NCBI GenBank assembly: GCA_040772485.1
Contig: JAXGYC010000010.1
Location: 64,001 to 128,000, forward strand
Length of the DNA: 64,000 nt
Source: Sedimentisphaerales bacterium
GTDB taxonomy: Bacteria; Planctomycetota; Phycisphaerae; Sedimentisphaerales; Anaerobacaceae
Direction: 5' to 3'
In this document: positions 1-9,979 of the stretch, piece after piece
Numbering within the stretch: the first letter of the stretch is position 1
How the letters are laid out: each line of letters begins with the position of its first letter
Notes under the pieces: generated by a model
What the model was told of the DNA's origin: nothing
The model's database searches: none
Seen by the model: only the letters and a program-made list of their open reading frames with translations
Position numbers and translations under genes: made by a program

Positions 1-2
1 AC

Positions 3-197
3 GTCTATTACGGCCATACGCACAAGCCGCACTCGAACTTCCTCTGCCAGGGGCTGCGCTTCCACAACACCGGCGCCACCCTCCACGGCGTGCGATCGCG
101 CATCCAGACGTTCCTGTACGATCCGGCCGACCTGGAGCAAGGGCTTCAGGAGCGCAACCACCACCATGTCAAGCCCGTCGGCGCAAGCGTCGCATAG
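3..197 (+). CDS. 3' end of a metallophosphoesterase (calcineurin-like) protein, truncated by window start
   Basis: Manual translation of frame 3: VYYGHTHKPH...FHNTGA...*. The GHTH motif followed by NTG is typical of metallophosphoesterase C-termini; TAG at 195-197. Confidence 0.65.
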   Translation, partial: VYYGHTHKPHSNFLCQGLRFHNTGATLHGVRSRIQTFLYDPADLEQGLQERNHHHVKPVGASVA

Positions 198-223
198 GCC
201 GCCCTGCCCCTGCCTGGCGAACA

Positions 224-1603
224 TCAATCGTGCCGCAGGGCAATCACCGGGTCGACACGGGCGGCGCGCAGAGTGGGGTAGATGCCCGCGATCAGACTGA
301 TGAGCACCGAAAAGCCGATGCCGCCCAGGCACAGCCACCAGGGAAAGCTGAAGTACTGGATGAAGGGCACGCCCTCCCGGGCAGTGAAACCGTTGACGAC
401 CTGATTGATCACAAAGCTCACCACCCACGCCAGAGCCAAACCGAACACGCCGCCCAGAAGCCCGATCATCCCCGACTCAAAGAGGAAGATCTTCTGCACG
501 TCGCCATCGGTCGCCCCGACCGCCTTCATCACGCCGATCTCACGATAGCGTTCGAGGATCGACATCACCATCGTGTTGACGATCCCCAGCGAGGCGACCG
601 TGACGCCGATCATCCCCACCGCCAGCAGGAACATGTCCACGATCATGAAGCCCTTTTGCATCTCCTCCAACTGGTCCATCAGAGCAAAGGTCCGCAGCCC
701 GCGTTCTTCGAGCTTCGCCTCGACCGACGCCACCTGCGAGGGCGAGGCAACTCGGACGGTCACCGTCGAATAGCCGGCCATCTGCTCAGCGGGCCGGAAG
801 AGATCGGATACGCCTGTCAGCACGAGCTTGCGCATTCGACCGGCAGCGCCGGGAGGAATGTACACGTCGCTGCGGATCGGCATCGGGCCACCGAACCCCA
901 TTCGCTCGACCACGCCGACAATGGTGAACGTGTATCGCTGATCGGAAATGGGCAGGCGTTGGTCGCCTCGAGCGAAGGCCATGCGCATCAGGCTGGCCAG
1001 GCTGAAGTCCAGAATGATGGTGCGGATCTCAACCTTCTGACCGACGGCGGTCTCGGGCTTCGTGTTGCCCAGGCGCCGCAACAGCGAATCGCTGATCATC
1101 ATTTCGTTCGGATCATCGCTGGCGTACGGCTGCCCCGCTCGCAACTGAATCAGCCCCGACCGGCACGCCTTGGCCGTCACGACCTGGATGAAGGTAAACC
1201 GGTCCTCCTTACCCAGCCCTACCTGGGCGGGGAAACGCATCTCGGGAAAAGCGGCCTCGACACCCTCCATCTGCATCACTTCGTCGATGAACTTGTCGTC
1301 CAGCACCGTGACCGGCTTGTTGGGCTCGCCGATCGGCACGGCATCAGAATAGGTCTCGGGCGCATCGGGATCGAATTCGGCGGGATCGGGCTGCCTGCCG
1401 TGTCTCGGGGAAACGTTGATATAGTTGAGCAGGTCCATCTCGTCGAACTGGTCGCGGATGTTCTGCTGAACGCCCTGCCCGAAGGCGAACATGCAGACGA
1501 GAGCCCCGATACCGATCACGACGCCGCCGGTGGTCAGAAACGTGCGCAGCTTCTTCTTCCACAGATTCGTCCAGGCCTGCTCGATATAGTCCGACGCTCT
1601 CAT
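224..1603 (-). CDS. ABC transporter permease, MacB/FtsX family
   Basis: N-terminal 'KKKLRTFLTTGGVVIGI', large periplasmic loop, 'SILERYREIGVMKAVGA', C-terminal 'AARVDPVIALRHD'. Confidence 0.95.
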   Translation of the reverse strand: MRASDYIEQAWTNLWKKKLRTFLTTGGVVIGIGALVCMFAFGQGVQQNIRDQFDEMDLLNYINVSPRHGRQPDPAEFDPDAPETYSDAVPIGEPNKPVTVLDDKFIDEVMQMEGVEAAFPEMRFPAQVGLGKEDRFTFIQVVTAKACRSGLIQLRAGQPYASDDPNEMMISDSLLRRLGNTKPETAVGQKVEIRTIILDFSLASLMRMAFARGDQRLPISDQRYTFTIVGVVERMGFGGPMPIRSDVYIPPGAAGRMRKLVLTGVSDLFRPAEQMAGYSTVTVRVASPSQVASVEAKLEERGLRTFALMDQLEEMQKGFMIVDMFLLAVGMIGVTVASLGIVNTMVMSILERYREIGVMKAVGATDGDVQKIFLFESGMIGLLGGVFGLALAWVVSFVINQVVNGFTAREGVPFIQYFSFPWWLCLGGIGFSVLISLIAGIYPTLRAARVDPVIALRHD

Positions 1604-2307
1604 GGTCCGTCCCTCAAGGTCTCCTGCGAGACGACCGCGCCGTCCTGGAGATACACCATCCTGTCGGCAAACTCGCGAAGCAGAGCCTCCTCGTGGGAGA
1701 TCATCACGACGGTCAGCCCCCGCTCGGCCCTCAGGTCGGCCAGGAGGCGCACGATCTGCTGCGAGGTCTTGCTGTCGAGATTGCCCGTAGGCTCATCGGC
1801 CAACAGGATTTGCGGCCGGTTCGCCAACGCCCGCGCTATGGCGACTCGCTGCTGCTCACCTCCGGACAGTTCGGTGGGCCGGTGGTTCAGGCGCGCGCCG
1901 AGGTCGACCAGGTTCAGAAGCTCGGCCGCACGGTTCGCCCGCTCCTTCTTCGCAACGCCGGCGAACAACAGCGGAAACGCGACGTTCTCCAGAGCGGAAT
2001 ACGAGGCGACCAGATTGAACGACTGGAAGATCATGCCGACCGTGTGGCGGCGAAACAACGCCAGCTCGGCCTTGCTGAGATCGGAAATCCGTCGGCCATC
2101 GACGCGGATGCTGCCCGACGAAGGCGTATCCAGTCCACCGAGCAGATTCATCAGCGTGGACTTGCCGCTGCCGGAGGTCCCCGTCACGCCCACGAACTGA
2201 CCGCGATCCACCGAGAGCGTCGCGTTGCGCAGCGCAACCACCTCGACCGAGCCCAAGGAGTAGACCTTGGTCAAATCCTGCACCTGGATGAAACCGTCAC
2301 TGTCCAT
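1600..2307 (-). CDS. ABC transporter ATP-binding protein (LolD/MacB type)
   Basis: Walker A GTSGSGKST, signature LSGGEQQRVAIARAL, Walker B ILLADEPTGNLD. Start reassigned to MDSDGF (2307); 4-nt overlap with permease. Confidence 0.95.
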   Translation of the reverse strand: MDSDGFIQVQDLTKVYSLGSVEVVALRNATLSVDRGQFVGVTGTSGSGKSTLMNLLGGLDTPSSGSIRVDGRRISDLSKAELALFRRHTVGMIFQSFNLVASYSALENVAFPLLFAGVAKKERANRAAELLNLVDLGARLNHRPTELSGGEQQRVAIARALANRPQILLADEPTGNLDSKTSQQIVRLLADLRAERGLTVVMISHEEALLREFADRMVYLQDGAVVSQETLRDGP

Positions 2308-3097
2308 GAGCCAGCAGGAACGCCTGCAACCCCTCCAGATCATCCGTGTTGAGCAGGTCGACGCCCGCCGCGAGCAGTTGCCGCCAGAGGGCGTCCCGCG
2401 CGGGCGAGCGGACCTCCGGCGTCGCCCAGAACCGCACGAGCCGGCCCTTTTCGTGGGCAGCTTGAACAATATGTTCGAGCTTCTGCGCCTCCGCATCGGG
2501 CATCGGACCCTCGCCCCTCCAGGTGAAATGGCTGAGCCACCGATCGCTGATCAGCGGAATCAGGCCAGCGGGCGCATCGGAATCCAGGTCGATCAGGCGG
2601 CCGTCGCAGCCGGCGTATCGGGTCTCCTGGGACCGCATCAGCTCGAAGGGGCGATTGCCCGAGACAATCACGAGGACCGCCTTGTCTTTGCGTCCTTCCA
2701 GCCCGAAGCTCGTCACGAGGTCGTGGTATTCCGCGAGGGTCTCGTGGAGCCTCAGGTAGGTCGGCTCGGCAGCCGACTTGAGATCGATCAACAAGAGAAA
2801 CCGCGGGTGGCCGGGGTAGATCCGCCCATTATTCTGCCTGGTCCGCTCCCGCAGCGGATCGAGATAGAGCGATCGCAGCGTGCGTTCCGGCCGGATCTCG
2901 CGGGCCTCGTGGGCGACGCACAACTGATCGCCGACGAGGAAGACATCTGCCTCCACACTGGCAAAGCCGTGCGCGAGCGCATCGAAGAGCGGCCGGCGGT
3001 GCAGGTAATCGTTGTGCGCGTGGGCCTGTGCCAACGGGGTGACGTTCGCCTGTGCCAGTACAACGGTCATCACGACAATGGACAGACCTGTAATCAT
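2297..3097 (-). CDS. Secreted PLC-like/glycerophosphodiester phosphodiesterase-fold protein (AIM6-like)
   Basis: Signal peptide, 'AHAHNDY', 'SVEADV', 'LLIDLK', 'VRFWATP', 'GVDLLNTDDL'. Start reassigned to MITGLS. Confidence 0.8.
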   Translation of the reverse strand: MITGLSIVVMTVVLAQANVTPLAQAHAHNDYLHRRPLFDALAHGFASVEADVFLVGDQLCVAHEAREIRPERTLRSLYLDPLRERTRQNNGRIYPGHPRFLLLIDLKSAAEPTYLRLHETLAEYHDLVTSFGLEGRKDKAVLVIVSGNRPFELMRSQETRYAGCDGRLIDLDSDAPAGLIPLISDRWLSHFTWRGEGPMPDAEAQKLEHIVQAAHEKGRLVRFWATPEVRSPARDALWRQLLAAGVDLLNTDDLEGLQAFLLAHGQ

Positions 3098-3284
3098 GTG
3101 CAGCCCCTTCAAGTACGCCGTAAGAACCTCTGGGACCTGCCGCTTGGCTTCTCGCCCAATACCATAACGTCCCGGTTCAAAGGTGACAATAGAAAGGTAC
3201 AATGCCCATGCAGCCCGTTCTGTGGCCCGCCTGGAGTCGGCGCGGGAGGCCCGAGAATGTCGCCCTTTCGGCATCGAAGCAGGA

Positions 3285-3313
3285 TTGCACACCGGCAAGT
3301 CTGCCCATAGAAT
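3285..3313 (+). promoter_or_regulatory. Putative sigma70 promoter for the CocE/NonD operon
   Basis: TTGCAC-N17-TAGAAT, about 50 nt upstream of GGAGG RBS and ATG 3362. Confidence 0.6.
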
Positions 3314-3361
3314 AGTCCCGACCGACCGGGTAGGCATGCAGCAGGAGATTGGAGGTCTTCC

Positions 3362-4996
3362 ATGGCGCGCTCAACACTTCTGACCGTAGCGGCAATCGCA
3401 GCCACGATATTCATCGGAACGGCCGTCGCCCCCCCATCGGCCGCAACGGCGCAGTCGCCGCAGACCGTCATGGTTCCCATGCGGGACGGCGTCAGGCTCG
3501 CCACCGACGTCTATGTCCCCGACGGCCAGGGGCCGTGGCCGACCGCCCTGATCTGCACGCCCTACAACCGTAAAGGCGCCCAGGGATTCGCCAAACAGGC
3601 CATCGAGCGGGGATACGTCCTGGTCGCGCAGGACTTTCGCGGGCGGTTCGACTCCGAGGGCGACGACTATCCCGTCTTCCTGGCCGGCGGCTGGGGCGAG
3701 CACCAGGACGGCTACGACACGGTCGAGTGGATCGCCAGGCAGGAATGGTCCAACGGCAAGGTCGGCGGATTCGGGATGAGCGCGCCGGGAATCGCGCTGA
3801 ACATGATGGCCCCCAGCCGGCCGCCGCATCTGGTCTGCTGCTATGTCAGCGTCGCGTTTTCGAGCATGTACCACCAGTGCGCCTACCAGGGCGGCGCGTT
3901 CCGCAAGGCCCTGCTGGAGACCTGGCTGAATCTGAGCAAGTTCACTCCGAAGAACCTGGAGCTGTTTCGCGCCCATCCGGACTACGACGACTTCTGGCGA
4001 GCGTTCGATTGCGAGGGCGTCGCCGATCGCGTGAATGTCCCGACCATGTACGTGGGCGGCTGGTACGACATCTTCATCGCCGGCACACTCAACAGCTTCG
4101 TGACAGTCCAGCACCGGGGCGATCAGGGCGCCAGCGGCAAGTGCCGGCTCGTGATGGAGCCTTACGGTCACGGCCGCAACGAGGACCTCGTCTTTCCCAA
4201 CACCGGCCATCCCCAGGCAGCCGACCTGTGGAACTGGTTCGACGTCTGGTTGAAGAATGACGGCCAAGGCCTCCAGGACATCCCGGTCGTCCAATACTAT
4301 GTGATGAGCGACCCCAACGACCCGAACACCCCGGGCAACCAGTGGCGCACCGCCGACGATTGGCCTGTCCCGGCGGAAGCGATAAAGATCTACTTCCGCA
4401 CGGACAAGAGACTTCGCCTCCGCCCGCCCGAGGAGCTGTTCGGTTCGCTGTCATACACATACGACCCCAAAAACCCCGTCCCCACGATCGGCGGAGCGAA
4501 CCTGACGATCTCCAAGGGGCCGATGGACCAGCGGCCGGTCGAGGACCGGCCCGACGTGCTGCTGTTCGATTCGCCGGTGTTCGACAGGCACATCGAGATC
4601 ACCGGGCCGGTCACTGTCAAGCTCTGGGTGTCGTCGACCGCTCCGGACACCGATTTTGCCGCCAAGCTCTGCGACGTCTATCCCGACGGACGCAGTATAC
4701 TCGTGCTGGACGGCATCCTCCGCGCCCGGCACCGCGAGTCGATGGCGACGAGCGTCCCGCTGGAACGCGACAAGATTTACGAGATCGAGATCGACCTGTG
4801 GGCGACCAGCCTGGTCTTCAGCCCCGGCCATCGCATGCGCGTGGCGCTGTCGTCCAGCAACGCCCCGCGCTTCGAGCCCAACCCGAACACAGGCAAGCCC
4901 TCGGGCGCGGACGCCCAGACAGAAGTGGCGACGAACACGATCTACATCAATGCCGAGCATCCCTCGCACATCGTGGTGCCCTTCGTACGTCACTGA
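3362..4996 (+). CDS. Secreted CocE/NonD family serine hydrolase
   Basis: 'MVPMRDGVRLATDVY', 'TPY', 'QDFRGRFDSEG', nucleophile GMSAPG, 'GGWYD', PepX_C-like C-terminal domain; signal peptide. Confidence 0.93.
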   Translation: MARSTLLTVAAIAATIFIGTAVAPPSAATAQSPQTVMVPMRDGVRLATDVYVPDGQGPWPTALICTPYNRKGAQGFAKQAIERGYVLVAQDFRGRFDSEGDDYPVFLAGGWGEHQDGYDTVEWIARQEWSNGKVGGFGMSAPGIALNMMAPSRPPHLVCCYVSVAFSSMYHQCAYQGGAFRKALLETWLNLSKFTPKNLELFRAHPDYDDFWRAFDCEGVADRVNVPTMYVGGWYDIFIAGTLNSFVTVQHRGDQGASGKCRLVMEPYGHGRNEDLVFPNTGHPQAADLWNWFDVWLKNDGQGLQDIPVVQYYVMSDPNDPNTPGNQWRTADDWPVPAEAIKIYFRTDKRLRLRPPEELFGSLSYTYDPKNPVPTIGGANLTISKGPMDQRPVEDRPDVLLFDSPVFDRHIEITGPVTVKLWVSSTAPDTDFAAKLCDVYPDGRSILVLDGILRARHRESMATSVPLERDKIYEIEIDLWATSLVFSPGHRMRVALSSSNAPRFEPNPNTGKPSGADAQTEVATNTIYINAEHPSHIVVPFVRH

Positions 4997-5052
4997 GGAA
5001 GGATCGCTCCGTGAATCTGCTGCAACACGCATATCCCCAGAGGAGGGCGCTC

Positions 5053-7131
5053 ATGAACCGCTCGTCCCAGGTTTGCCGATTCATCGCCGTTCTGTCTCTG
5101 GCTTCCATGGCGCCAAACATCGTCCGGGGCGAGACTCCTGAGCTGCGATTCGAGCGGGCCGCATCCGGATACGCCGTGCGCATCTTGTTGGATGGTCGCC
5201 CAATGCTGAGCTCGCCCGCTGAGGGGCTCTGGTCGATCGCCGCCGGCTGGAAGGACGGCTGGCCCACAGACTGGGTCCACGCCGGCCCGACCGAGATGGA
5301 GCGCGCCGGCGACTGGACGATTCTGAGCGGCAGGTTGAACACTGCATCGGGGACGTGGCAGCTTCGTGACGCGTACCGAATGGAAGGCGACATCGTCCGA
5401 TGCGTGCGGCGGTTCGCCTGGCAGGGTGCGGCCACCGCAAAATGCACGACGTTGTCGGTCCGGTTCCAGTGTCCGGGCAGAGGGGCGGGCGCGCTGCTGC
5501 CGGGCATCCTTTACTATGGCAATCCTTCCGGCCGCCGCAGCGGACGCGTGCCTGTCTATGAGGGTCGGCCGGGCGACACCGCCTTCTTCGAGGAACACCG
5601 CTTCCCGATGCCATACGTCAGCATCGAATGGCCGGACCAAGCCGGACGCAGCGGAGCCGCACTTCACAGCGTGCCTTCGCCGGTGCCCTTCGGTCGCCGG
5701 CCGGATCAGTGGTGGTCGCTGGGGCTTGCCGCACACGAAGACGGCACGGAGTTGGCCCTGCTTTCCGGCCCTTGTGCCTCCAACGGCCGCAAAAGCGTCA
5801 TCAAGGCGACCCAGGATGGCTTCATCCCCTACGACGATGCCTGCCTGGATGTCCCCGCCGGGGCGATCATCGAGAAGACCTTCTACCTCCAGGTCTACGA
5901 CGTCGATTCGGAAGGATCGGGCTTCCAGCACGCCACGCGAACGTCATTGGAGCTCTTCGCGCCATTCGCCACGGACGGCATGCCGACGTTTCGCGAAATC
6001 GTCCGTTCGAAGCACCGGTTCGCCAAGACGCGCTGGCACGAAACCGACACCGAAGCTGGCTTCAAGAAGTACCCCGACCGGAACTTCTTCGTGCTGGGCT
6101 GGTGCGGCCAGGCGGCCGCGTGCGGTTACGCGTTTGCGGCCCTGGCAGACGAACTGAACGACCCTAACGCCCTGCTTATGGCGCAAAAATCGCTCGACTT
6201 TGTCGCGACCACGGAGTTTCACAACCAAGGGTTCTGCACGTGGTACAGTTGCGATGAGAAGCGATGGCTCCAGCAAGGAAACCCCGAACTGCTCTCGCAG
6301 GGCCAAGCGATGCTGAACGTGGCCAACGCCCTGCGGCTGGGCAAAACCAAGGGCCTCGACGTCGCCCGATGGGAGACGTTCCTTCGTCGCGCGTGCGATT
6401 TCCACGCCAAGCGAATTCTCTCTGAAGCGTGGCGTCCGGTGTCTACGAACGAAGCGTTCTTCATCGCGCCGTTGTGCCAGGCCTGGCGGCTCTTTAAGGT
6501 GGAGGAATACCGCGAGGCGGCTGCGAAGGCGGGACGCGTGTACGCCTCCCGCCACCTGAGCATGCGCGAGCCCTACTGGGGCGGCACGCTCGACGCCAGT
6601 TGCGAGGACAAGGAGGGTGCGTTTGCGGCCTTGCAGGGCTTCCTCGCTCTGTACGATCTGACCGGCGAGCCCGAGTATCTCAAGTGGGCCGCGCACGCAG
6701 GCGACGCCGTCCTGACCTACGTCGTGGTCTGGGACATCGACCTGCCCGCCGGAAGGCTCCGCGATCACGATTTCAAAACGCGCGGTTGGACCGCCGTGTC
6801 GGTCCAGAACCAGCATATCGACGTCTTCGGCGTGCTCATCGCGCCCGACATCTACCGTCTGGGACAGTACCTCGGACGCGAAGACCTCAAGAAGACCGCT
6901 CTGCTGATGTACCGCAGTTGCGGCCAGCTCATCGACCCCTTCGGCAGCCAGGGAGAGCAGCCTCACCATACGAACTACGCCCAGCACGGCGACTTCCGAA
7001 AGCAGTTGGAGGCCGGCAACATCGTTGGCGTGCGCGGCAACTACGTGGAACAGTGGACCGTCTTCTGGATCACCGCCCACTTCCTCAACGCGGCCGCCCA
7101 GTTCAAGGAGTTGGGCGTGTCGATCTGGTAG
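5053..7131 (+). CDS. Secreted hypothetical protein with probable (alpha/alpha)-toroid glycosidase-like C-terminal domain
   Basis: AGGAGG RBS before ATG 5053; signal peptide; helical repeats such as 'LYDLTGEPEYLKWA' and 'AWRLFKVEEYREAA'. Confidence 0.7.
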   Translation: MNRSSQVCRFIAVLSLASMAPNIVRGETPELRFERAASGYAVRILLDGRPMLSSPAEGLWSIAAGWKDGWPTDWVHAGPTEMERAGDWTILSGRLNTASGTWQLRDAYRMEGDIVRCVRRFAWQGAATAKCTTLSVRFQCPGRGAGALLPGILYYGNPSGRRSGRVPVYEGRPGDTAFFEEHRFPMPYVSIEWPDQAGRSGAALHSVPSPVPFGRRPDQWWSLGLAAHEDGTELALLSGPCASNGRKSVIKATQDGFIPYDDACLDVPAGAIIEKTFYLQVYDVDSEGSGFQHATRTSLELFAPFATDGMPTFREIVRSKHRFAKTRWHETDTEAGFKKYPDRNFFVLGWCGQAAACGYAFAALADELNDPNALLMAQKSLDFVATTEFHNQGFCTWYSCDEKRWLQQGNPELLSQGQAMLNVANALRLGKTKGLDVARWETFLRRACDFHAKRILSEAWRPVSTNEAFFIAPLCQAWRLFKVEEYREAAAKAGRVYASRHLSMREPYWGGTLDASCEDKEGAFAALQGFLALYDLTGEPEYLKWAAHAGDAVLTYVVVWDIDLPAGRLRDHDFKTRGWTAVSVQNQHIDVFGVLIAPDIYRLGQYLGREDLKKTALLMYRSCGQLIDPFGSQGEQPHHTNYAQHGDFRKQLEAGNIVGVRGNYVEQWTVFWITAHFLNAAAQFKELGVSIW

Positions 7132-7155
7132 GGGCGAGGCATGCCTCGCCCTTAC
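7128..7155. repeat. GTAG-type REP-like palindrome
   Basis: GTAGGGGCGAGGCATGCCTCGCCCTTAC; overlaps the TAG stop of the upstream gene. Confidence 0.75.
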
Positions 7156-7172
7156 GCGGGTATAGCAAACCT

Positions 7173-8129
7173 ATGCAAACCAAGACGCTTAAGAGTGACT
7201 CACTGCTGCTGGTGGCCGCCTTCTTCTGGGGCACGACCTTCGTCGCCCAGCGCAAGGGCATGGACCACATGGGTCCGATGCTGTACAATGCCCTGCGTTT
7301 CCTTCTCGGCGCCGTGACACTGGTGCCTCTGATCGCCTGGCCGGGCCTCCGCATAGCGGGCGCTCGGACCGGCACGCCGGGTCTTCTGTTCTGGGGCGGG
7401 CTCCTGGCCGGCGTGGCCCTCTTCGGAGGGGCCTCGCTCCAGCAGATGGGCCTGCAATACACCACCGCCGGCAAGGCCGGTTTCGTCACCAGCCTCTACG
7501 TCGTCCTGGTTCCCCTGATGGGCCTGTTCCTGGGGCACCGTTGCGGCCCATCCCTGTGGCTTGGCGTCGCCCTGACCGTTGCCGGCCTGTATCTGCTCAG
7601 CGTCACCGAATCGCTCACCATCGCGCGGGGCGACCTGCTGGTGCTCGCCAGCGCCCTGTTCTGGGCGATTCACGTGCAGTTGATCGGCTATCTGGCCCAG
7701 CGGGGCGACCCGCTGCGGATCGCCTGCGCCCAGTTCCTGGTCTGCTCGGCGTTGAGCTTTCTGGCGGCCCTGGCCGGCGAATCGATCACGGCCGGAGCCA
7801 TCCGCGCCGCCACGATCCCGATTCTCTACGGCGGGATCCTCTCGGCGGGCGTGGCTTTTACGCTACAGGTCATCTGCCAGCGGACCTCGCCGCCCGCCCA
7901 CGCCGCGATCATCATGAGCCTCGAAACCGTCTTCGCCGCCCTGGCCGGTTGGCTGCTTCTCGATGAGCGCATGGGTTGGCGGGGCATAGCCGGTTGTGCG
8001 CTGATGCTGGCCGGGCTGATGGTCGTGCAGTTGCCTCCCCTGCTCGGCGCCGGCCGCAAAGCCCGCCAGCCGGAAGGTGATTTGGCGATGCTGCCGGAAA
8101 GGCCGCCTTATCACGATCCGGTCTGCTGA
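7173..8129 (+). CDS. DMT/EamA family transporter
   Basis: About 10 TM helices, 'FFWGTTFVAQ', 'GLQYTTAGKAGFVTSLYVVLVP', 'AAIIMSLETVFAALAGWLLLDE'. Start MQTKTL. Confidence 0.93.
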   Translation: MQTKTLKSDSLLLVAAFFWGTTFVAQRKGMDHMGPMLYNALRFLLGAVTLVPLIAWPGLRIAGARTGTPGLLFWGGLLAGVALFGGASLQQMGLQYTTAGKAGFVTSLYVVLVPLMGLFLGHRCGPSLWLGVALTVAGLYLLSVTESLTIARGDLLVLASALFWAIHVQLIGYLAQRGDPLRIACAQFLVCSALSFLAALAGESITAGAIRAATIPILYGGILSAGVAFTLQVICQRTSPPAHAAIIMSLETVFAALAGWLLLDERMGWRGIAGCALMLAGLMVVQLPPLLGAGRKARQPEGDLAMLPERPPYHDPVC

Positions 8130-8311
8130 ACCGAACCTTGTGCGTTGGCGTCAGTATTCTGGGGGAACGGAACGTTAGCCGTTGCAGTCAGAGGCCCGTT
8201 TTGAGATCATGGGACCGTCAGGTTACGTCTCCTGCCGGGCAAGCGCCTGAGGAACAGCAGCGATCAAAGTCGACACGGAGCCATTCAACGTGCCATTGAG
8301 AGGACACACCC

Positions 8312-9223
8312 ATGTATAGCATTGACATTTCCCGACGCCAGTTCATTGCAGCGACCGCCGCCATCGCCGGGGGTTTGGCCCTGTCGCCCTTGTCCGCTCG
8401 CGCCGCCGGCGCCACCCGGGCAACCGCTGCTGACCAGGTCGCGCTGGGCCGGACCGGGCTGAAGCTCAGCCGGCTCGGCGTCGGCTGCGGCAGCAGCAGC
8501 GGCAACGTCCAGCGGTCCCTCGGCCACGATAGTTTCAACCGCCTGATCCGCTACGCCTACGATCAGGGCCTGACCTATCTGGACACCGCCCAATCCTACC
8601 AGACCCACGAGTGGATTCGCGAGGCCATCCAGGGCCTGCCGCGAGAGAAGTTCTTCATCCAGACCAAGATGTCGGGCAACCCCGAAAAGCCGCTGGAAGT
8701 GCTTGACCGCTTCCGTCAGGAGCTGGGGACCGACTATATCGACAGCGTACTGACGCACTGCACCGTCACGCCGGACTGGGATAACGAGCGCAGGCGCGTC
8801 ATGGACGCCCTGGAGGAGGCCAAGGCCAGGAAGATCATCGGCGCTCACGGCGTCTCGTGCCACAGCCTGCCGGCGCTCGCGCTCGCGGCCCGCCTGGACT
8901 GGGTCGACGTCAACCTCGTGCGTCTGAACCCCCAAGGCGCGCACCTGGACACCCCCGCCGTGACGTGGAACGCCACGAGCAATGCATCGCACGTGCTGCC
9001 GGTAATCGAGCAGATCAAGGTGATGCGCCAGAACGGGCACGGCGTCATCGGGATGAAGATGATTGGGGACGGGGACTTCGCCGAGGCCGCCGACCGCCGG
9101 ACCGCGATCCGCTTCGCCATCCAGTCGGACCTGGCCGACGCGATCGTCATCGGCTTCAAGAGCGCCGAGGAGATCGACGAGGCGGTCAAGACGGTCAACG
9201 CCGCCCTGGCCGTCATGGCGTGA
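8312..9223 (+). CDS. Aldo/keto reductase with twin-arginine signal
   Basis: SRRQFI Tat motif; 'LGRTGLKLSRLGVG', LDTAQSY, IQTK, 'LGTDYIDSVLTH' (D/Y/K/H tetrad). Confidence 0.9.
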   Translation: MYSIDISRRQFIAATAAIAGGLALSPLSARAAGATRATAADQVALGRTGLKLSRLGVGCGSSSGNVQRSLGHDSFNRLIRYAYDQGLTYLDTAQSYQTHEWIREAIQGLPREKFFIQTKMSGNPEKPLEVLDRFRQELGTDYIDSVLTHCTVTPDWDNERRRVMDALEEAKARKIIGAHGVSCHSLPALALAARLDWVDVNLVRLNPQGAHLDTPAVTWNATSNASHVLPVIEQIKVMRQNGHGVIGMKMIGDGDFAEAADRRTAIRFAIQSDLADAIVIGFKSAEEIDEAVKTVNAALAVMA

Positions 9224-9270
9224 CAGGCGGGATATGGAGGAGCGAGTCTGAAGAGGACTTTGCCTCAATA

Positions 9271-9298
9271 GTAGATCGTAAATCGTAAATCGCAGATC
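9271..9298. repeat. Heptanucleotide tandem repeat (4 x GTA(G/A)ATC-like)
   Basis: GTAGATC GTAAATC GTAAATC GCAGATC, intergenic. Confidence 0.6.
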
Positions 9299-9314
9299 GA
9301 CTCTGGAGCGCACC

Positions 9315-9962
9315 ATGAGACGTCACCGCCTGATCGCAGCAACTCTGTCCATCCCAATCTTGTCACTCGCCTGCCTGGCGGTCTACGCCGCTGAGCAGAC
9401 CAGGCCCAGTGACGAGTTCCGCAAGCAGTTCATCGACAGTTTCCGGCGGACGGGCCTGAACACCGCGCCCGGCGACGCCATGATGCTCCGCATCCTCGTC
9501 GAGGCCTGCGGCGCCAAGCGAGGCGTCGAGGTCGGCGCCGCCAGCGGCTACGGCGCCATCAACATGGGAATCGCCTTCGAGCGAACGGGAGGTCACCTTT
9601 GGACCCTGGAGATCGATCCGCGTATGGTCCGCCAGACCCGCGAGAACATCGCGAAGATGGGGCTCCAGGAGACGGTCACGTGCATCGAAGGCGATGCGCT
9701 CCAGACGCTGCACGAGATCGAAGGCCCGATCGACTTCGTCTTCCTCGACGCGGTCAAGAGCGACTATCTGAAGTACCTCCGGATTATCGAGCCCAGGCTC
9801 GCCAAAGGCGCCGTCGTGGTCGGCGACAACGTGATCCAGTCGGCCCGCGCCATGAAGGACTTCCTCGACTACCTCCAGACCAGCCCCGATTACGACACCG
9901 TCATCATCCGCGCCTCGATGGACAAGAACGACGGCATATCCATCAGCTACAAAATCCGCTGA
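9315..9962 (+). CDS. Class I SAM-dependent O-methyltransferase (COMT/YrrM-like) with N-terminal signal-like segment
   Basis: 'VEVGAASGYGA', 'TLEID', 'EGDAL', 'DFVFLDAVKSDY', 'VVVGDNV'. Confidence 0.88.
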   Translation: MRRHRLIAATLSIPILSLACLAVYAAEQTRPSDEFRKQFIDSFRRTGLNTAPGDAMMLRILVEACGAKRGVEVGAASGYGAINMGIAFERTGGHLWTLEIDPRMVRQTRENIAKMGLQETVTCIEGDALQTLHEIEGPIDFVFLDAVKSDYLKYLRIIEPRLAKGAVVVGDNVIQSARAMKDFLDYLQTSPDYDTVIIRASMDKNDGISISYKIR

Positions 9963-9979
9963 TCGCGTGAAGGGCCTTT

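Noticed and set aside
4342..5052. N-terminal extension of the 929-aa ORF suggesting a fusion or frameshift with CocE
   Set aside because: It overlaps CocE out of frame with Arg/Pro-rich noise; a clear RBS and signal peptide mark the start at 5053.
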